A stretch of DNA of 58,883 bases, filler included, from Squatina squatina (GCA_031763465.1; 3 parts of 3 records of this genome joined end to end with filler, not necessarily neighbours in it); one strand, 5' to 3'. Positions 39,740 to 54,590 are shown, counted from the first letter of the whole stretch. The notes: a model not told the origin generated them from the sequence alone. Translations and numbers: made by a program.

Positions 39740-39972
39740 GTGTCAGTTGTGGCTTAGTGGTAGCACTCTCACCTGTGTAGGTGTGGGTTCAAGTCCCATT
39801 CCAGATTCTTAACCACATAATCCTCACTGACACTCCAGTGCTGTACTGAGGAAGGTGCGTCTTCAGATGAGACGTTGAACCGAGGCCCTCTCGGGTGGAT
39901 GTAAAAGATCCTTCATAGAAGATTATGGGAGTTCTCCCAGTATCCTGGCCAACAATTATCCCTCAACCAACA
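39740..39972 (+). mobile_element. Deu-domain tRNA-SINE copy (5' part)
   Basis: tggcttagtggtagcactctc...gggttcaagtccc...ttcagatgagacgttgaaccgagg. Confidence 0.7.
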
Positions 39973-42013
39973 TATAGGATTACATAGGATATACGGCACA
40001 GAAACAGGCCATTCGGCCCAACCAGTTCATGCTGCTGTTTAAAGAAACATAGAAAATCAGTTAGAACCCAAAGACCTAGATTCCCAGTCAATATTCTTTT
40101 CTCTCTCAGTTCCTCTCACTTTGAGCACAATATTAAATTTACAGTTTTTCCCTTCAGTCCTGATTGATATAATGCTCAGTGAAAGGACTATGATTTATAA
40201 CTGCAGCTGTAGGCTTATGCCTTCCGGTAATAGTGCTCATTAGCCAACAGCAACAAAATTTGGTTTCCCACAATGGAACATTCTGCTACATCAGATAATG
40301 TCCTGGGCATGCTGGTCAATCACTGAGTAGTTACATTCAACTCATCAGGCTCCTATTCTTTGAGATTACTTTGTGGTCATCTAGATTAAGGGAAAAGAAG
40401 CTTCCATAGCCAGTTTATTATTAGGAACACTCTCAGTCTTCAATGCATCATCAGAACTCAAGGGATGACATTGTGACTGGGGAACAGCTCTAAGATGAAC
40501 TATGGACAATATAGCCTGTCTGAAATGTTGCCATTGATGACACCGCTTTATCTACTTTCAGCTCAGGTCATCACCAAACTATCAACCTTGCAAAAGACTG
40601 ATAAGTGGAGCATTGAAATGATTTTTGAAGAACATTCTGAATAGAAACTGAACTAAATACATGTATACACTGTGGATCATAGATTTAAACTACAGTACAA
40701 TCTTTGAAATCTAGGTATTGATATAGCTGAATAATGTTGATTGTACAGTGCAATAACAAAAGAATTCAAGCATAGTATTTAAATGTGTGTTTATTTTGGC
40801 AGTCACTAGGGTAAACATATTATAGTTTATTAGATAATCAATTAATTTATTTAAAAATATATTGGTAGCAAATAGGGGATTTGAATCCATACAGGGAACT
40901 GAAGTCCTTAATCCATGACATTCCAGCAATTTAAACATGACTTCTTGATTTATCTCATCTCTTTTCCCTCCAAGATTGATGATCATGCACTGTAGGCCTG
41001 GGGCTACACCTGTACCCTCAGGGTAAAAAATAGATAACATTATTACCTGATCATCAGTTTATATTGTATATGGTCTTATACCTGTATTGTCACAATAATT
41101 CTCTCAGGACTTAGTAATAATGATGAAAGAGGACCCAAATGATTGAAAGAACTGCATATGTTGAATTATCTATTCTTGCTTCTACATGTGTCCACCTATG
41201 TTCTTGTGACAGTGTCATAATGCAGATCATTCCATGCTGCTAAGCAGATTTATCATAATTGGTTGTTTTGCATTGCTAAGTTAACTGAGCAAATAATTTG
41301 TTTCGGCTACTAGACTAACTACTGCACAATGTTAAAGTAATTATACAATTATCAACTTTGAATTTGAGTTTTGAATAGTCCACAGAATGAGTTACCGGTA
41401 ATTTTTTATTACTTACAGTCGAAGGGTTTAGCAGANNNNNNNNNNNNNNNNNNNNNNNNNNNNNNNNNNNNNNNNNNNNNNNNNNNNNNNNNNNNNNNNN
41501 NNNNNNNNNNNNNNNNNNNNNNNNNNNNNNNNNNNAATAGTAACATTCAAGAGGGAATTTGAGAAATACTGGAAGGTAAAAAAATTACAGGGTCATTGGG
41601 TAAGAGGGAGTAGGATTAATTGGATAGCTCCAGCAAAGAAGCAGATCAGGCATGATGGGCCAAATGGCCTCCTGTGCTGTCTGATTATATGATTCTTTCC
41701 CCTCCCCATCCCTCCTGAAGGTGTTGATTCTCATCCAATTTCCAATCCGGAGTGAAACACTGTCTGCTTTTCCCACAACCTTAACTCAGGACACTGACCA
41801 AGTGCAGCAGTTTTGTCATCTACCCTACTGAGATTAGCTAAGTCAGCACAAGCCAGGGATCGAGCTTGGGATCTCCCTGATAATTTTGGCTTGATTGCTC
41901 ATTGGGTAAACTTTTTGGAACTATTGGGAGAATGGAGTCAGAGCTGCATTTTTATTAGCAGTTTTAATAAAGCATATGGATAATTTATTAACATTATTTT
42001 GTATAAATCATAG

Positions 42014-42172
<159 letters not shown>

Positions 42173-42272
42173 NNNNNNNNNNNNNNNNNNNNNNNNNNNN
42201 NNNNNNNNNNNNNNNNNNNNNNNNNNNNNNNNNNNNNNNNNNNNNNNNNNNNNNNNNNNNNNNNNNNNNNNN

Positions 42273-42722
42273 ACATTTCCCACTCTCTCACCATTTAAAC
42301 AATATTCTGCTTTTCTATTTTTCCTAGCAAAGTGGATAACTCCAAATTTATCCACATTATAGTCCATCTGCCATGTTCTTGCCCAATCATTTAACATATC
42401 TATATCCATTTGCACCCTCTTTGCATCCTCCTCACAACTTATTTTCCTACCTAGCTTTGTATCGTCAGCAAATTTGGATACTTTATACTTGGTCCCCTCG
42501 TCTAATTCATTGATATAGATTGTAAATAGCTGACCCTAAGCACTCATGCTTGCAGTACCCCATCAGTTAAGTCTGCCAACCTGAAAATGACCCATTTATT
42601 CCTACTCTCTGTTTTCTGAACGTTAACCAATCCTCCATCCATGTGAGTATATTACCCCCAATCCCCTGAGCTCTAATTTTGTGTAATAACCTCTTGTGTG
42701 GCACCTTATCGAATGCTTTCTG
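42273..42722 (-). mobile_element. CR1 LINE RT fragment
   Basis: QMDIDMLNDWARTWQMDYNVDK; aatttgctgacgatacaaag = KFADDTK on the minus strand. Confidence 0.88.
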
Positions 42723-45700
42723 ATAAAGACAGCCATATCCAGTTACTGAAGTGTTAATAGCTTTGGTATAACTAGAACCTATCTACTAAGTTATTCACTA
42801 AAATTTACCTTCCAGGCTTTCCAGAATATTGAGTTTGAGAATTCAAAACATTTTCTGTACTTTCACCAGCTATTGTCTCCAGAACAGTTGAAATGTCAAG
42901 CTCACAAATGGACTAGATTTTGCTGAGAGGCAAAGGAATGGTTTTTGCCGTTCTCCTTGTACAGTTGCCCAGAGACTTTTCGTGGGCATGCCTGTGGAGA
43001 TTTCTAATAATCCCACATCTGATCCAGTGCGGCACCCTCTGCAGGGTTTCTGTGAGCTGGCAAAACAGCAGGGAGGCTCTTTCAACAATCAGATTAAGGA
43101 AACTTCACTGAGACAGCCAGACTGCAAACCAGGATGTAAAAAACAGGAAATATAAATTATATTTAAATAAATTGAACAGGTAGCAAAATAAAGATTGAGG
43201 CATAAACAAGGGATTAAAGGAGAGACATAAAAGATAAAAAAGATAAACATAAAACAAAAATGTAATTTACAAAATAGTATAAACTATGATTAAGAACAAT
43301 GAACTTCTGGTGCAGTGTTGTACCAAACAAAAAAGACTAGAGGTCTCATCAAACCTTGCTCAATTTGGCAAAAAATTACAAGTAGACAATATATGTTGAA
43401 AATCGTGAAACCTGTTTTGAAGAATTAGTTCACATTGAGTACGTTCCTTGATACAAACATGTGTTTACAATATGCATTTCGCAACTTTGAAAAGTGTACC
43501 AACAATGACTCTTTCTAAGGATTACATAAGAAATGTTAAGACAATGCAGTGGACAATATTAATGTAAGATGTATTCAAAGGATGTGAGCTTTGTATTTTA
43601 AACAATCTCAAGTCCAAAGAAAGTTTGATTTGTAAACTTTGTTTTCCATACCTGATAATTGATTTTTTAAAATTATTTTAAGCTGAAGTCAGTACCACCA
43701 ATATGAAGGGAGACAGCAAATAGTAATGAAACAGGGCAAACTGTCTGAAGAGTGCTGTTTCTAAAACTCTTTTTAATTAAAGAGCTTTAAATTCAATGTT
43801 GATTTTGATTGTATTAGACACAGAAGGATGGAGTAAGCATTGTAAAGTGTTTTGTGCTTGTATCTAGATTAAGTCTGTAACTTTCAACAACTTTAATGAA
43901 AAATACAGATATTGCAATGCTCTCTTCACTTCCCTGTCTGCACAGTTATAACACACATAACAACACTGGCTGTATAGCTCTTCCCAGCGTGAACTCTTCT
44001 ACAATTCAACATGTGACGCACGATACTAAATATAAACAAAGAATTTCCTAATTTATTTTCATAGGGCTGAAATAAAGCCATGGGTAACATGATTTTGTCT
44101 TTCTTACATGACAGATTGTAGAGGGGATTGTGCTGTGAATAAAATAATACATTGCTATGAACTTTAATTGCAAAATTAAACTTTTCAAAACAGAAGCCAA
44201 TTATTCTGTCATGTGATGGTGACATCAGCAAATTGATGCCATGTGGTCACATCCACATGCTTTACTTAAAGATTATATAATACTGGATCAAAATAGTTAC
44301 TAAAGGTCTTTTTTTTTCCTTATTTTAAATAATACCTGCCAAAACCCAGCAAACCTTCACATAGAAATGTTATCAGTAGGGAATTCAGCATTGACAGAAT
44401 TAAAAGGTTTAAGAGCAAATGCTTTCCCGGATGCATTAATTCCACCCGGGAACTAGAAGTGAGAATGTGCTGTCTGTAAAGAAATACTTTTCAGCCAGAT
44501 CCAATGATAAAACAGTTCAGCAGTACGGTAACTTTCTCGTTTTAGAGACAGCGTTGAAGACCAATCCTTATTTTCAACATAAATGTGCCACTTTTATAGA
44601 AAAGAACAGTGTTGTATTTTAGGACCAGTCAGGATATCAAAATGACTACCTTTTATTGTCTCAATGTGCTAAAATGCTGCACTATACCTCTATTTAAAAA
44701 ATGTACCTTTTAGCATTCCATTTCTCAATGCGCTGACATTTTATTACTTTTACTCTGGTGTNNNNNNNNNNTAAAAGGAATTTTTTGTGGCTGCCAGCAC
44801 CGATGCTCATCACCACCAAGAGTTAAAAAAAGGGTCTTTTTCATATAAAAAGTTGGCATCACTATGGCGCATTAGAAAGGGGTTGGCTCCACTTAGGCCT
44901 GCAATCAAAGCACCCCAGGCAGTTTTTTAAATTTCTTTTTGCCATCATTTTGTAATTACAATCTTTTTCAAAACATAAATAAAATCATGGTTTAACTGGC
45001 ACAGCCAGGGCGTTATAACACACACTGACTTCTTAAAAAACAGACTCCTGTTCATGACGGGACAGGATTGTATCAGCATTCTTAAAACTTTATGATATTT
45101 ATGAATAAGGAAAAACACTTGATAAATGTGGAAGGAAAATGGCTCCTTGAATCAGCCGATGCCCGAGGCAGGCCTTTCCTCCCCAGCATTCCTACATGGC
45201 AGTTTAGGGATACATAGGGGCACAGGGCCCATATATATATATCGCTCATCGCAGATTCTATACATTTCTACACTTTGCCAAGACCCACACTTTNNNNNNN
45301 NNNNNNNNNNNNNNNNNNNNNNNNNNNNNNNNNNNNNNNNNNNNNNNNNNNNNNNNNNNNNNNNNNNNNNNNNNNNNNNNNNNNNNNNNNNNNCAACAGG
45401 TATGTATGTTTGAAATTCCTAAGTAGCTTCCTATGTTATACCACATGACCCGTGAGAGACAAGAAAAGACTATGACAAACTATATTGTGAGTTTTACATT
45501 GTGGTGGATTATCTTAGTCAACAGGCAGCTGAGAATGGATAAGGGTAACCTAGAGCCTTGGTTACAAAGTGATGAATGCTCTTTACATCCACAGGCAAGT
45601 GTAACAATGCTCTTTCATCCCTTTCAATCGTAAAATGGGCAAAATCGAATCAGCTGCCCGATATAGAGTGTCTCTCGATTAAGTGTTAGTAAAAGGATCT

Positions 45701-46169
45701 GTTAGAATTTACACCATTTTCAATTTTTATCCATGCTTTGGAAAGTCTACCTAGCTATTGATGGAGAACACCATACCTTCACATAAGGCTATACACTTCA
45801 GGTTACGACTCTGCAAAAACTGGGGTTGCTGTCCTTTTTTCTGTGACTGGAAAAAAATAAAATGGGTTAAGTTGATTGACCAAATTTCAACTCATTACCA
45901 GACATTGCTTTGAAAGCTGAAATATAAACTAACTTTAAAAAAAAAATTATTTTAAAAGCCATGTGATTCTTATAATAATGGAAAAATTTGACATTCCTCA
46001 AATATAACATCAGTTTTGCAGGGCCAGAAAAGTTGTTCAGCAGTCATTATGCCTTGAAAAACCTAGTTACAACTCTTTCAAGAAGGCTTGACTTTTTGGT
46101 GGGGGGTTGAGGGGGGGTGGGGGTTGTGTTTAACAGCAATCTTCCAAGGTAATAAGGGAGGTTTTTGTT

Positions 46170-46269
46170 NNNNNNNNNNNNNNNNNNNNNNNNNNNNNNN
46201 NNNNNNNNNNNNNTTAATTAATTAANNNNNNNNNNNNNNNNNNNNNNNNNNNNNNNNNNNNNNNNNNNN
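46170..46269. other. Synthetic scaffold-joining spacer (44 N + TTAATTAATTAA + 44 N)
   Basis: Same structure as 15842-15941; core at 46214-46225. Confidence 0.95.
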
Positions 46270-49200
46270 AGGGAGATGGTTGTTTGGACCCAGAAGTCCA
46301 ATTATTGAGTTTTAATTCACCTGAGGAAGTCTGTTCTCTACCTGAGTTGAAGGAAGGGATGCTTACATATGAATGACTCTCCCAACATAGTGAATCAGAA
46401 CACCATTAGCACATTGGTTCAACTCCTGCTTGATAATAGGCATGTTTTACAAATAAAGACTAGAACTAGTGTAACCTTGTAATTTGGACCATTGAAAAAA
46501 GATGAGGTCACTCAAGTTAGATGGGAGGGAGATGGGATGTGCATAAGACATTGCCAGTAATGTCTAGCCTTTGTCCAGAAGGAGGGGATATGCACACATT
46601 CTGTATAAAGGTGCCCTTGAGGTAATATCAGCACCAACATGTGTTACCCACAGGACATGTATTCTGAGTCTGATTGGAGCTGGCTGAATGTAGTTTGAAA
46701 TATTCAGTTGAATTAATTCTACTTTGGCAGGGATAACCATCTGATGTGTCGCATTGCAGATTTTCTGTCAGTTTTGTTGGCAGATATCTATATGTAGGTG
46801 CCTTGTCCATGTAAGTGAGGAGTGCATAGGAACATGATTTGTTGCTTATCAAGAAAATGTTTTATAACTTAATCATAAATCTTCCATTGGTATTAAAAGC
46901 CTGAAGAAAGTGGGAAAGCTTACTAAGAGCAGGAGTAATTAGATCTTTCCCAAGGGGAAATTACAGAGTTGATTTAATCTGAAGATAATTAAAAGCATAG
47001 GTAACTAGTAAAATGCTGCAGTTGTTGAAATGTGCAAAATTGATTTTCACGAAGCACAGATGTATTTTACGCTTCAAATCATAGCGACCAATTTGCAGGG
47101 TTCTCTACACAACAGGTAAAAAGATCCCCCATGTCTTGCCATCTCCATAAAAGAGTCGGATTGCAGATTATAAATGTTGATGAAAAAATTGGAAACGCTT
47201 AAGAAAGGAGATATAACTAATATAGAATCCTACACTAAATAATGAAGGCATTGGACTAAAAATTTGAGTGCGACACAAAAGCTGCTGATGCCATGGACTA
47301 ATGGCCGCCAAAAATGATGGCGCTGGTAGGACTGAAATCTTGGCACTGGGGACTAATGATTGTTAGCCCAGTGCTAAACTCACTGTGTAATGCCCTCCTG
47401 GTGGCATTCATCCAGGCATCAGGCCCCAATGCGGTGTCCACAAGTAGCGTTGCAACTTTGAACAGCCTCTGAAAGTGAGGCTGTGATTTTGCAAAGCATT
47501 GTGGGATCTTAAAACGGCAATGCCTTCTGAAATGATAGGAATAAAAATGATGTAAAAATATACGGTTTTCAGCCCTTACAGCTCAACTGTGTTCTGAAAA
47601 AAAATTAACATTAAAAAGAATTCCCAGAAGGGGGTTTTCAGCTCTTCAAGCTGAATTCCCTTCCATGCCTAAAAAAATGGGAAAAGTGCTTCAGCACTAA
47701 CACAAATGGCTCAGCAAGCCANNNNNNNNNNNNNNNNNNNNNNNNNNNNNNNNNNNNNNNNNNNNNNNNNNNNNNNNNNNNNNNNNNNNNNNNNNNNNNN
47801 NNNNNNNNNNNNNNNNNNNNNTGATGCAAAGGCACTGTCACACTATTTAAATCTTATTTAAATGCGTCTACCTGTTTTTTCACCCCCACCTGTTTTGCCC
47901 AGGAAATGACAAAGAACAGAGCCTGGCGTATGATTCTCCACCCCTATTTACTTTACTTTATGTATCATCCCTCTGGTGCACAGAAGGCATTGTAGACAGG
48001 AAACTGTGCCCCAATATATTTTACAAAAAAATAATTTCTTTGTTTGTTATGAAGGTGCAATCTCAAATTGATAGATCCAACCAGCATTTTTTGTGCTCAT
48101 CCAGAGTGATAGACACATGAGCAATTGCAGCTGTCCGAACACTGTGTGCTGTGAATGATATAGTATTTGTGGCCAAGCGGTTTAGCATGTTTCTGCAACA
48201 TCAGAGCTGTAAAACATTGGTTTGTGCTTAGTGTTGGCCACATAAACTTCTGATCTGGGTCAAGTTTCAGGGAAGAAAAAATTGCAGGTAAGATGGTTCC
48301 CATTAGATGAGGAAAATTAGAGAGCAGGTCAAGCTGGCCTGCTGTTATGCACTAAATTATCAGTAGACCATTCAGGAACCAGACGCATCACTAATACAGG
48401 ATTGCCAAGGTATTGCATTTCTGATGTTCAGCGACAAAAGAATCAGCTGTTAGATTGCCACAAATAAAGGACTCAAGAAACAAGCACATTTTTAAAAAAA
48501 ACTTTGGGAGCCTTCTTTTTTAATGGATGATATCCAACATTGTTGGCAAACATGTACACCAGGGTGATGAAATGGCACTGCTGGGATGCAGATGACACAA
48601 ACAGGAAAACTGCATTTTTGAAATGTAAAAATCACAATCATCTGTTTTGGGCCAAAATTCGAATTGTTTATTGATTTATTCATTTGAATTTCTGCACTTT
48701 TCCTAATTTGGACCGATTTGGATTCAGCACTTATTCTTTTTGTTAACAACTCTAACTTGGCAGTGTACCTTCTTTGAAGGAGAAAAACAGGTGCAGTTTA
48801 ACACTTTTGACATAAATATATAGGATGACTATTATATAACTAGATCAGAACTCCTCTTATTCATTTATTATTTTTTCGCTTATTCCAATTGTTTCTTTAA
48901 ATATGTCTTTTTCCTTTAATAACTCACCATCGTCCAGCGGAAACCAAGGCACAAATATCCTCAGATGCTGTGGTTTTAAGCCAGGTCTCCTATGTGGCAC
49001 ATTGCATTCACAGATTACACCACCTGTTTCAACTATTTTCCTTTGTAGTCAATGATACAATTGTAGAATTATGAATTACGATGAAGATTGTTAATTTATT
49101 TCAACAGCCTGCCATTCAAAATTTTTAACTATTAAATTTACTTAGAAAGACGCATCTTTTATAGGACCATCCTCCAGGTCCCAGAAGAAAATTGTACTGA

Positions 49201-52200
49201 GCTCTAAATGTGGTCTTAATATTGCAAAGTTGTTTTTTTAACCTATCCAATGAAAGCTAATTACTGAATTTCTGAATTTCATTTCAGATCACTTATAGTT
49301 TCAGAACTGGTCAATTAAGTTAAAGGGGATATAATGCAGATTTGAATTTAAAATTTGATCATTATGGNNNNNNNNNNNNNNNNNNNNNNNNNNNNNNNNN
49401 NNNNNNNNNNNNNNNNNNNNNNNNNNNNNNNNNNNNNNNNNNNNNNNNNNNNNNNNNNNNNNNNNNNNNNNNNNNNNNNNNNNNNNNNNNNNNNNNNNNN
49501 NNNNNNNNNNNNNNNNNNNNNNNNNNNNNNNNNNNNNNNNNTCAATGGAGCATGTAATCAGTAACACCCGCTACATATTTTTTCTGCATATTTTCCCTGC
49601 AGCACCCGGCTCAGGATTTTGGTTTTTTATTAAAACTATTTCAATATACGCAATGGAAAGCACCAGTTTACCACACAGGTTCTATGTGAAAAGGAGTTGA
49701 ATATCTTTTTCTGAGAAGGTCTGTTTAATAAATTTTGAGTTATACTAACATAATCTAGACAAACTCAAATTGGAAGGCTCATAGTTTTATTTAACATAAA
49801 TGCAATTACGTAGAATACTATGCAAAATAACAATTATGTGGCAACATATTAACCGTGCCTACAATAAATCAGTTGATCACAAGTAATAATAAGTATAAAT
49901 AATGACCTAAAAATAATTTCAAAGTGACTGTTTAAAAAATATATAACTTTGAATAGAAATTTCACTTGAAGACTAAAATATTTGCTTTTTATGGATATTG
50001 AAATAATGGCTCTTAATGTTTGTTGTTTTGCAGAAGGAAAGTTTTCCTTTCCTCCATCAATCTAACCTGCCTGCTGTTCAATGTTTATCAGAGATATTAG
50101 AATTCCGCAAATTTGAATGAATGGGGCTGAATTTGTGATCTCATTGGGTCCCTCTGGGTGCGAACAATGTTCGCACGCGCCCGTAGGGACCCCGCAAGTT
50201 CCGAATCGAGGGCTGCACTGCGCATGCCTGTAGATTTGGAACTTGCAATCTGCCAAGATTTCTCTTGACAGACCATCCGCCTGGATAGGAGAAGAGCTTT
50301 CCTGGGTGGAAAGTTGTGCTATTTGCCCAACTCTTGCCCATAGAAAGCTCTTTAATTTTTTATGCATGGTAAAAGCAAGCATATATGCTTACTTTTACCA
50401 GTGTAAGAGTTTATAAAAATGTAAAAATAAAATAAATTAGTGGTACATTGTTTAAAAACCCTGTCCATTAAGGTAAGTATATTTTTAGACATTTTAAAAG
50501 ACTTTTAAAACAATTTTTTTTGGTATTATTTATCTAATTATATATAATTTTATTAAATATTAATGTTTCACNNNNNNNNNNNNNNNNNNNNNNNNNNNNN
50601 NNNNNNNNNNNNNNNNNNNNNNNNNNNNNNNNNNNNNNNNNNNNNNNNNNNNNNNNNNNNNNNNNNNNNNNAAAACCCTAGAGAATTATTCAGATCAATT
50701 AGGTCCTTTGACCCATTAATAGGCAAAGACTTGGCTGAACTAAATCAAACCCAATTGTTTCTCTCCCTCCTGGCTGCACAGGCAGAAATGTATTTACAAC
50801 AATTTTTTTTTTGGGTGGCAGAAATCAAGCTGATCATAATTCAGATTTTAAAAAGGAGGGAATAGAAGCTTTGTGGCTGAAGTGCTTACGCTAAACTTAG
50901 CCGTAGGCCAGTACACAGTTATAGAGACCAGAGGGACTGGGACATAGGAAACAGCTGGCCTATGTAAGATCACATACTTACAGAGGTAGATATATCAGAA
51001 AAAAATGTTTTCAGTCCAAGGGTGAGTTTTTAACTTTGGTTTAATCAGTGGTGATATTTTTAGAGTCATTCAGAACTAACCCAAAATTAGGAGGTTCTGT
51101 GTAAATTGAACAATTGAGAACAGCTAAACACTGAAAGTTGGGATGGCAAAGAATAAAATATCTATTTAAATTCATATTTTTTTCCATTTAACCATTCACC
51201 TAAGTTTAACTAAATTCATTAGCAAATCAAATCCAGCTGTTTTACAACTGATTGACTGGCTGAATTTAATTTGTCCGAGCTGCAGGGCCCAGGGAAAACA
51301 ATCTGAATCAATTGGAACTGGAATTACTTGGCTATGTAGTTTCTATGTAAACTAGATCAAATTGGTTAAACCTTTGACACTGTTCAAACTGTGTGGAGCC
51401 ATTACAGACTTTAAAAAAAAATTGTCAAGTGCATTTTAATTCAGTATTACTGGAAATACTGTAAAACAAAGATGCCTCACATTAGCTTACACACACCTAA
51501 ACTGACTGAGCTGCCCTAATCACCTGGAATAGGATATTTGCCTTAGGGGAGATTGTTGTTTCTGTAAAAGAGGTTCAGTCTTCCTTTTCTCATGAATCAC
51601 TTGATTGCATTGCATGTCTGCACAGGACAGACACTGTTGATTCTTTGTTTTAAGGCTCGTTGTGGGGTAGTGCCATTTTATGGTTGTCTCAGAAAAAAAA
51701 GGTTTACTTTTGAGCCAACTAAAAGGCACTACCTTATTATTTCTGGAAAAGAAAACATGTAGGGAATCCCAGTTAAGATGAAAAACAACTTCTAAGCTGT
51801 GGGACCATGGTAACAGTCAATAAATATATATATATATAAAATTGTTAGATGATAAGAAAAATATTGTGAGCTATAGTTGGTAACTGTAGATAATTAGAAA
51901 TCAATTGACTCTCCAGCCTAAACATAGTGATGGATATCATATAGAATATTATTTATTTAGACAAACTCACTTAGATGAACAGCAACAACTTGCATTGATA
52001 TAATACCTTTAACATAAACGCACCCTTGAGAAAGATGTATGCAAGTTATTTTCCTTCAGGAGAGACAAAGCAGGGTGATTTAAAGCTTGGCCAAAGAGAT
52101 GGATTTTTAGAAGGTCTTTAAAGGTAGAGAGAGATAACAGGGTTTAGGGAGGCGATTCTAGCGAATGGAACCCAGGCAGCTGACGGCTCTCCCAACAATG

Positions 52201-52443
52201 ATGGGTGAATAGAGGAGAGAAATATAAAAGGAGAGAGTCAGAGGAATGAAATGTTGGGGAGTGGGTGTTCGGTTTGAATGAGATAGGGTGGTGTGAAGCC
52301 ATGTAGCAATTTAACAACAACAACCTGCATTTATGCAGCGCTTTTAACATAATAAAATATCCCAAGATGCTTCATAGGAGAGACACAAGACAAAATTTGA
52401 CACTGAACCAAATAAAGAGAAATCAGGATAGGTTGACCAAAAG

Positions 52444-52617
52444 AAAAACAAAATACTGCAGCTGCCGGAATCTGAAATAAAAAACAGGAAATACTGGAAA
52501 TACTCAGCAGGTCAGGCAGCATCAGTGGAGAGAGAAACAGAGTTCAAACAAATAATGCTGGAAAAACTCAGCAGGTCAACGTTGACTCTGTTTTTCTCTC
52601 CACAGATGCTGCCTGAC
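52444..52617. repeat. Penelope-type terminal repeat in inverted (hairpin) arrangement
   Basis: gtcaggcagcatcagtggagagagaaacagagt vs actctgtttttctctccacagatgctgcctgac; related fragments at 3971-4035 and 11798-11870. Confidence 0.65.
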
Positions 52618-52717
52618 NNNNNNNNNNNNNNNNNNNNNNNNNNNNNNNNNNNNNNNNNNNNNNNNNNNNNNNNNNNNNNNNNNNNNNNNNNNNNNNNNNN
52701 NNNNNNNNNNNNNNNNN

Positions 52718-53070
52718 TTACCGCCTCCAGACGGAGTACTACGCAATATCGCGGCCATGATCTAGTAACTAACTGAGACTTGGCTTAGGTTTGGGCAGGA
52801 CTGCAAACTTAATGTTCCGGGTTATAACATTTTCAAGAGAGCTATGGAGGGAAAAAAGGAGGTACAGTGGCAGTGTTAGTGAAGGATTCTATCACAGTGC
52901 TAGAACGTAAGGGATTGTTTTAACACAGAATCCACTCGGGTAGAGCTAAGAAATAGAAAATGAAATGGTACAATTCAGGCCACTAATTAGTGGAAGAGAT
53001 AGTGGTGGAGGTTTGCAGACAATTTCAGAGAGCTATGCAAGAACATCAGGACAATAATACTAAGTGTGTA
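52718..53070 (+). mobile_element. CR1 LINE endonuclease-domain relic
   Basis: GGKKGGTVAVLVKDSITVLER-like peptide, plus degraded ITETW and YNIF motifs. Confidence 0.6.
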
Positions 53071-53776
53071 TTACTATACTAATTTTCTCTCCTCCTCTCC
53101 TGAATGTACTGACTGTTACTGAGGTACAGCTCAATGCGCTCTGGCGCCTTGCCAACAAAACCATTATTCATGTATGTGCCTTGACAGTGAGTGTCAACAG
53201 GCTGTTCACCTAAGGGCCAACACAGATGAATCTGATCCTATTCTGATCACGTCTACACATTCGCACTTTGAGCAGCACTCACTGGAATGAGAGTCTTGAC
53301 CAATTTTCCTCACCACACAAGAGACACTGAGGCATATTATAGTGCTCTCTACCACTGCTTCAACTGAAATCAGATAACAAAGTCAAAGGGAAACATTTAT
53401 TCAACTTCAAAACAGTACTGACTTTGCTTAAGCAGACAATGACATGTAAATAAGAATATAATTTCCTTTTGTTAAAGCATGTTAAGGATTAGCAAATTTT
53501 GCAACACCCAAAATTAACAATTAACAATTACTGCTGATTCTTCTATGATTGTCACCAGTTATTTCAGCACTTTGGTTGAGAAAATTTACATTATTTAGTC
53601 TGTTAGTTGATATTCAATGACAAATAAATACAGCCCAGTATATATCTTTCAAAATGAGATTTTATTGATTTCAGTCAATTTTGGTAATTGTATTGTCTTC
53701 TACTGTTAACCTATTAAATGTTCAATTCTCATTGTTTTTAAATCAGTGAATAAAACTTTCTTTTTCTTTTTCAAAG

Positions 53777-53887
53777 ATGGATAGGCAATTATCCATGAGT
53801 TCTAATATCATGGGGATGCCAGGCCCTTCTCTAAATAATCCATGCACTCCTCCTCAAGTCCAACAAATGCACTCAGAAGCCAAAATG
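53777..53887 (+). CDS. CREB5: CREB5 (ATF2/ATF7/CREB5 bZIP family) internal exon: MDRQLSMSSNIMGMPGPSLNNPCTPPQVQQMHSEAKM
   Basis: 111-bp phase-0/0 exon; long T/C tract plus aag acceptor; ATG|gtaaga donor. Resembles the recalled human CREB5 segment MERQMSVNSSIMGMQGPNLSNPCASPQVQPMHSEAKM, which precedes the family motif RLKAAL. Confidence 0.82.
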
Positions 53888-54132
53888 GTAAGAAACAGCA
53901 AAACATTCTTTGTCTGCATGAATGTGCGTGTTGGTGGAAGGGTGGGGAGTTATCTATAATTTCCATGAATCTCATGGTGTTAAGTACATTTAACTCCCTG
54001 AAAAATTAATGTATTACACAGTTTGTGGAGCTNNNNNNNNNNNNNNNNNNNNNNNNNNNNNNNNNNNNNNNNNNNNNNNNNNNNNNNNNNNNNNNNNNNN
54101 NNNNNNNNNNNNNNNNNNNNNNNNNNNNNNNN

Positions 54133-54590
54133 CCTTCCTTCGTCCAAGTCACTTATAAATATCGTGAAAAGCTGAGGCCCCAGTACGGATCCCTGGGGAT
54201 ACCACAAATTACATCCTGCCAATTTGAATACATGCCCATTATCCCTATTCTCTGTCACCTACCTAGTAACCAAATCCCTGTCCAAGCCTCTAGATTTCCT
54301 CCAATTCCATGTGCTCTCTATGGAATCTTGTTGAATGCCTTCTGGAAATGCATCTAAACACATCCTTGTCTACTACATCCTCAAAAAATTCATTTAGGTT
54401 TGTTAGACATAACTTACCCTTTGCAAATCCATGCTAGCTTTCTCTGATCAGCTCATATTGATCCAAATGCTCAGTCACTGTTTCTAATACAGTTCTTAGT
54501 AACTTCCCCAGAACTGACATTAGACTAATACGCCTATAATTTCCTAGTTTATCTCTCCTACCCTTCTTAAATAATGGAGTGATATTGGCT
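54133..54590 (-). mobile_element. CR1 LINE RT fragment
   Basis: PQGSVLGPQLFTIFISDLDEG. Confidence 0.88.
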
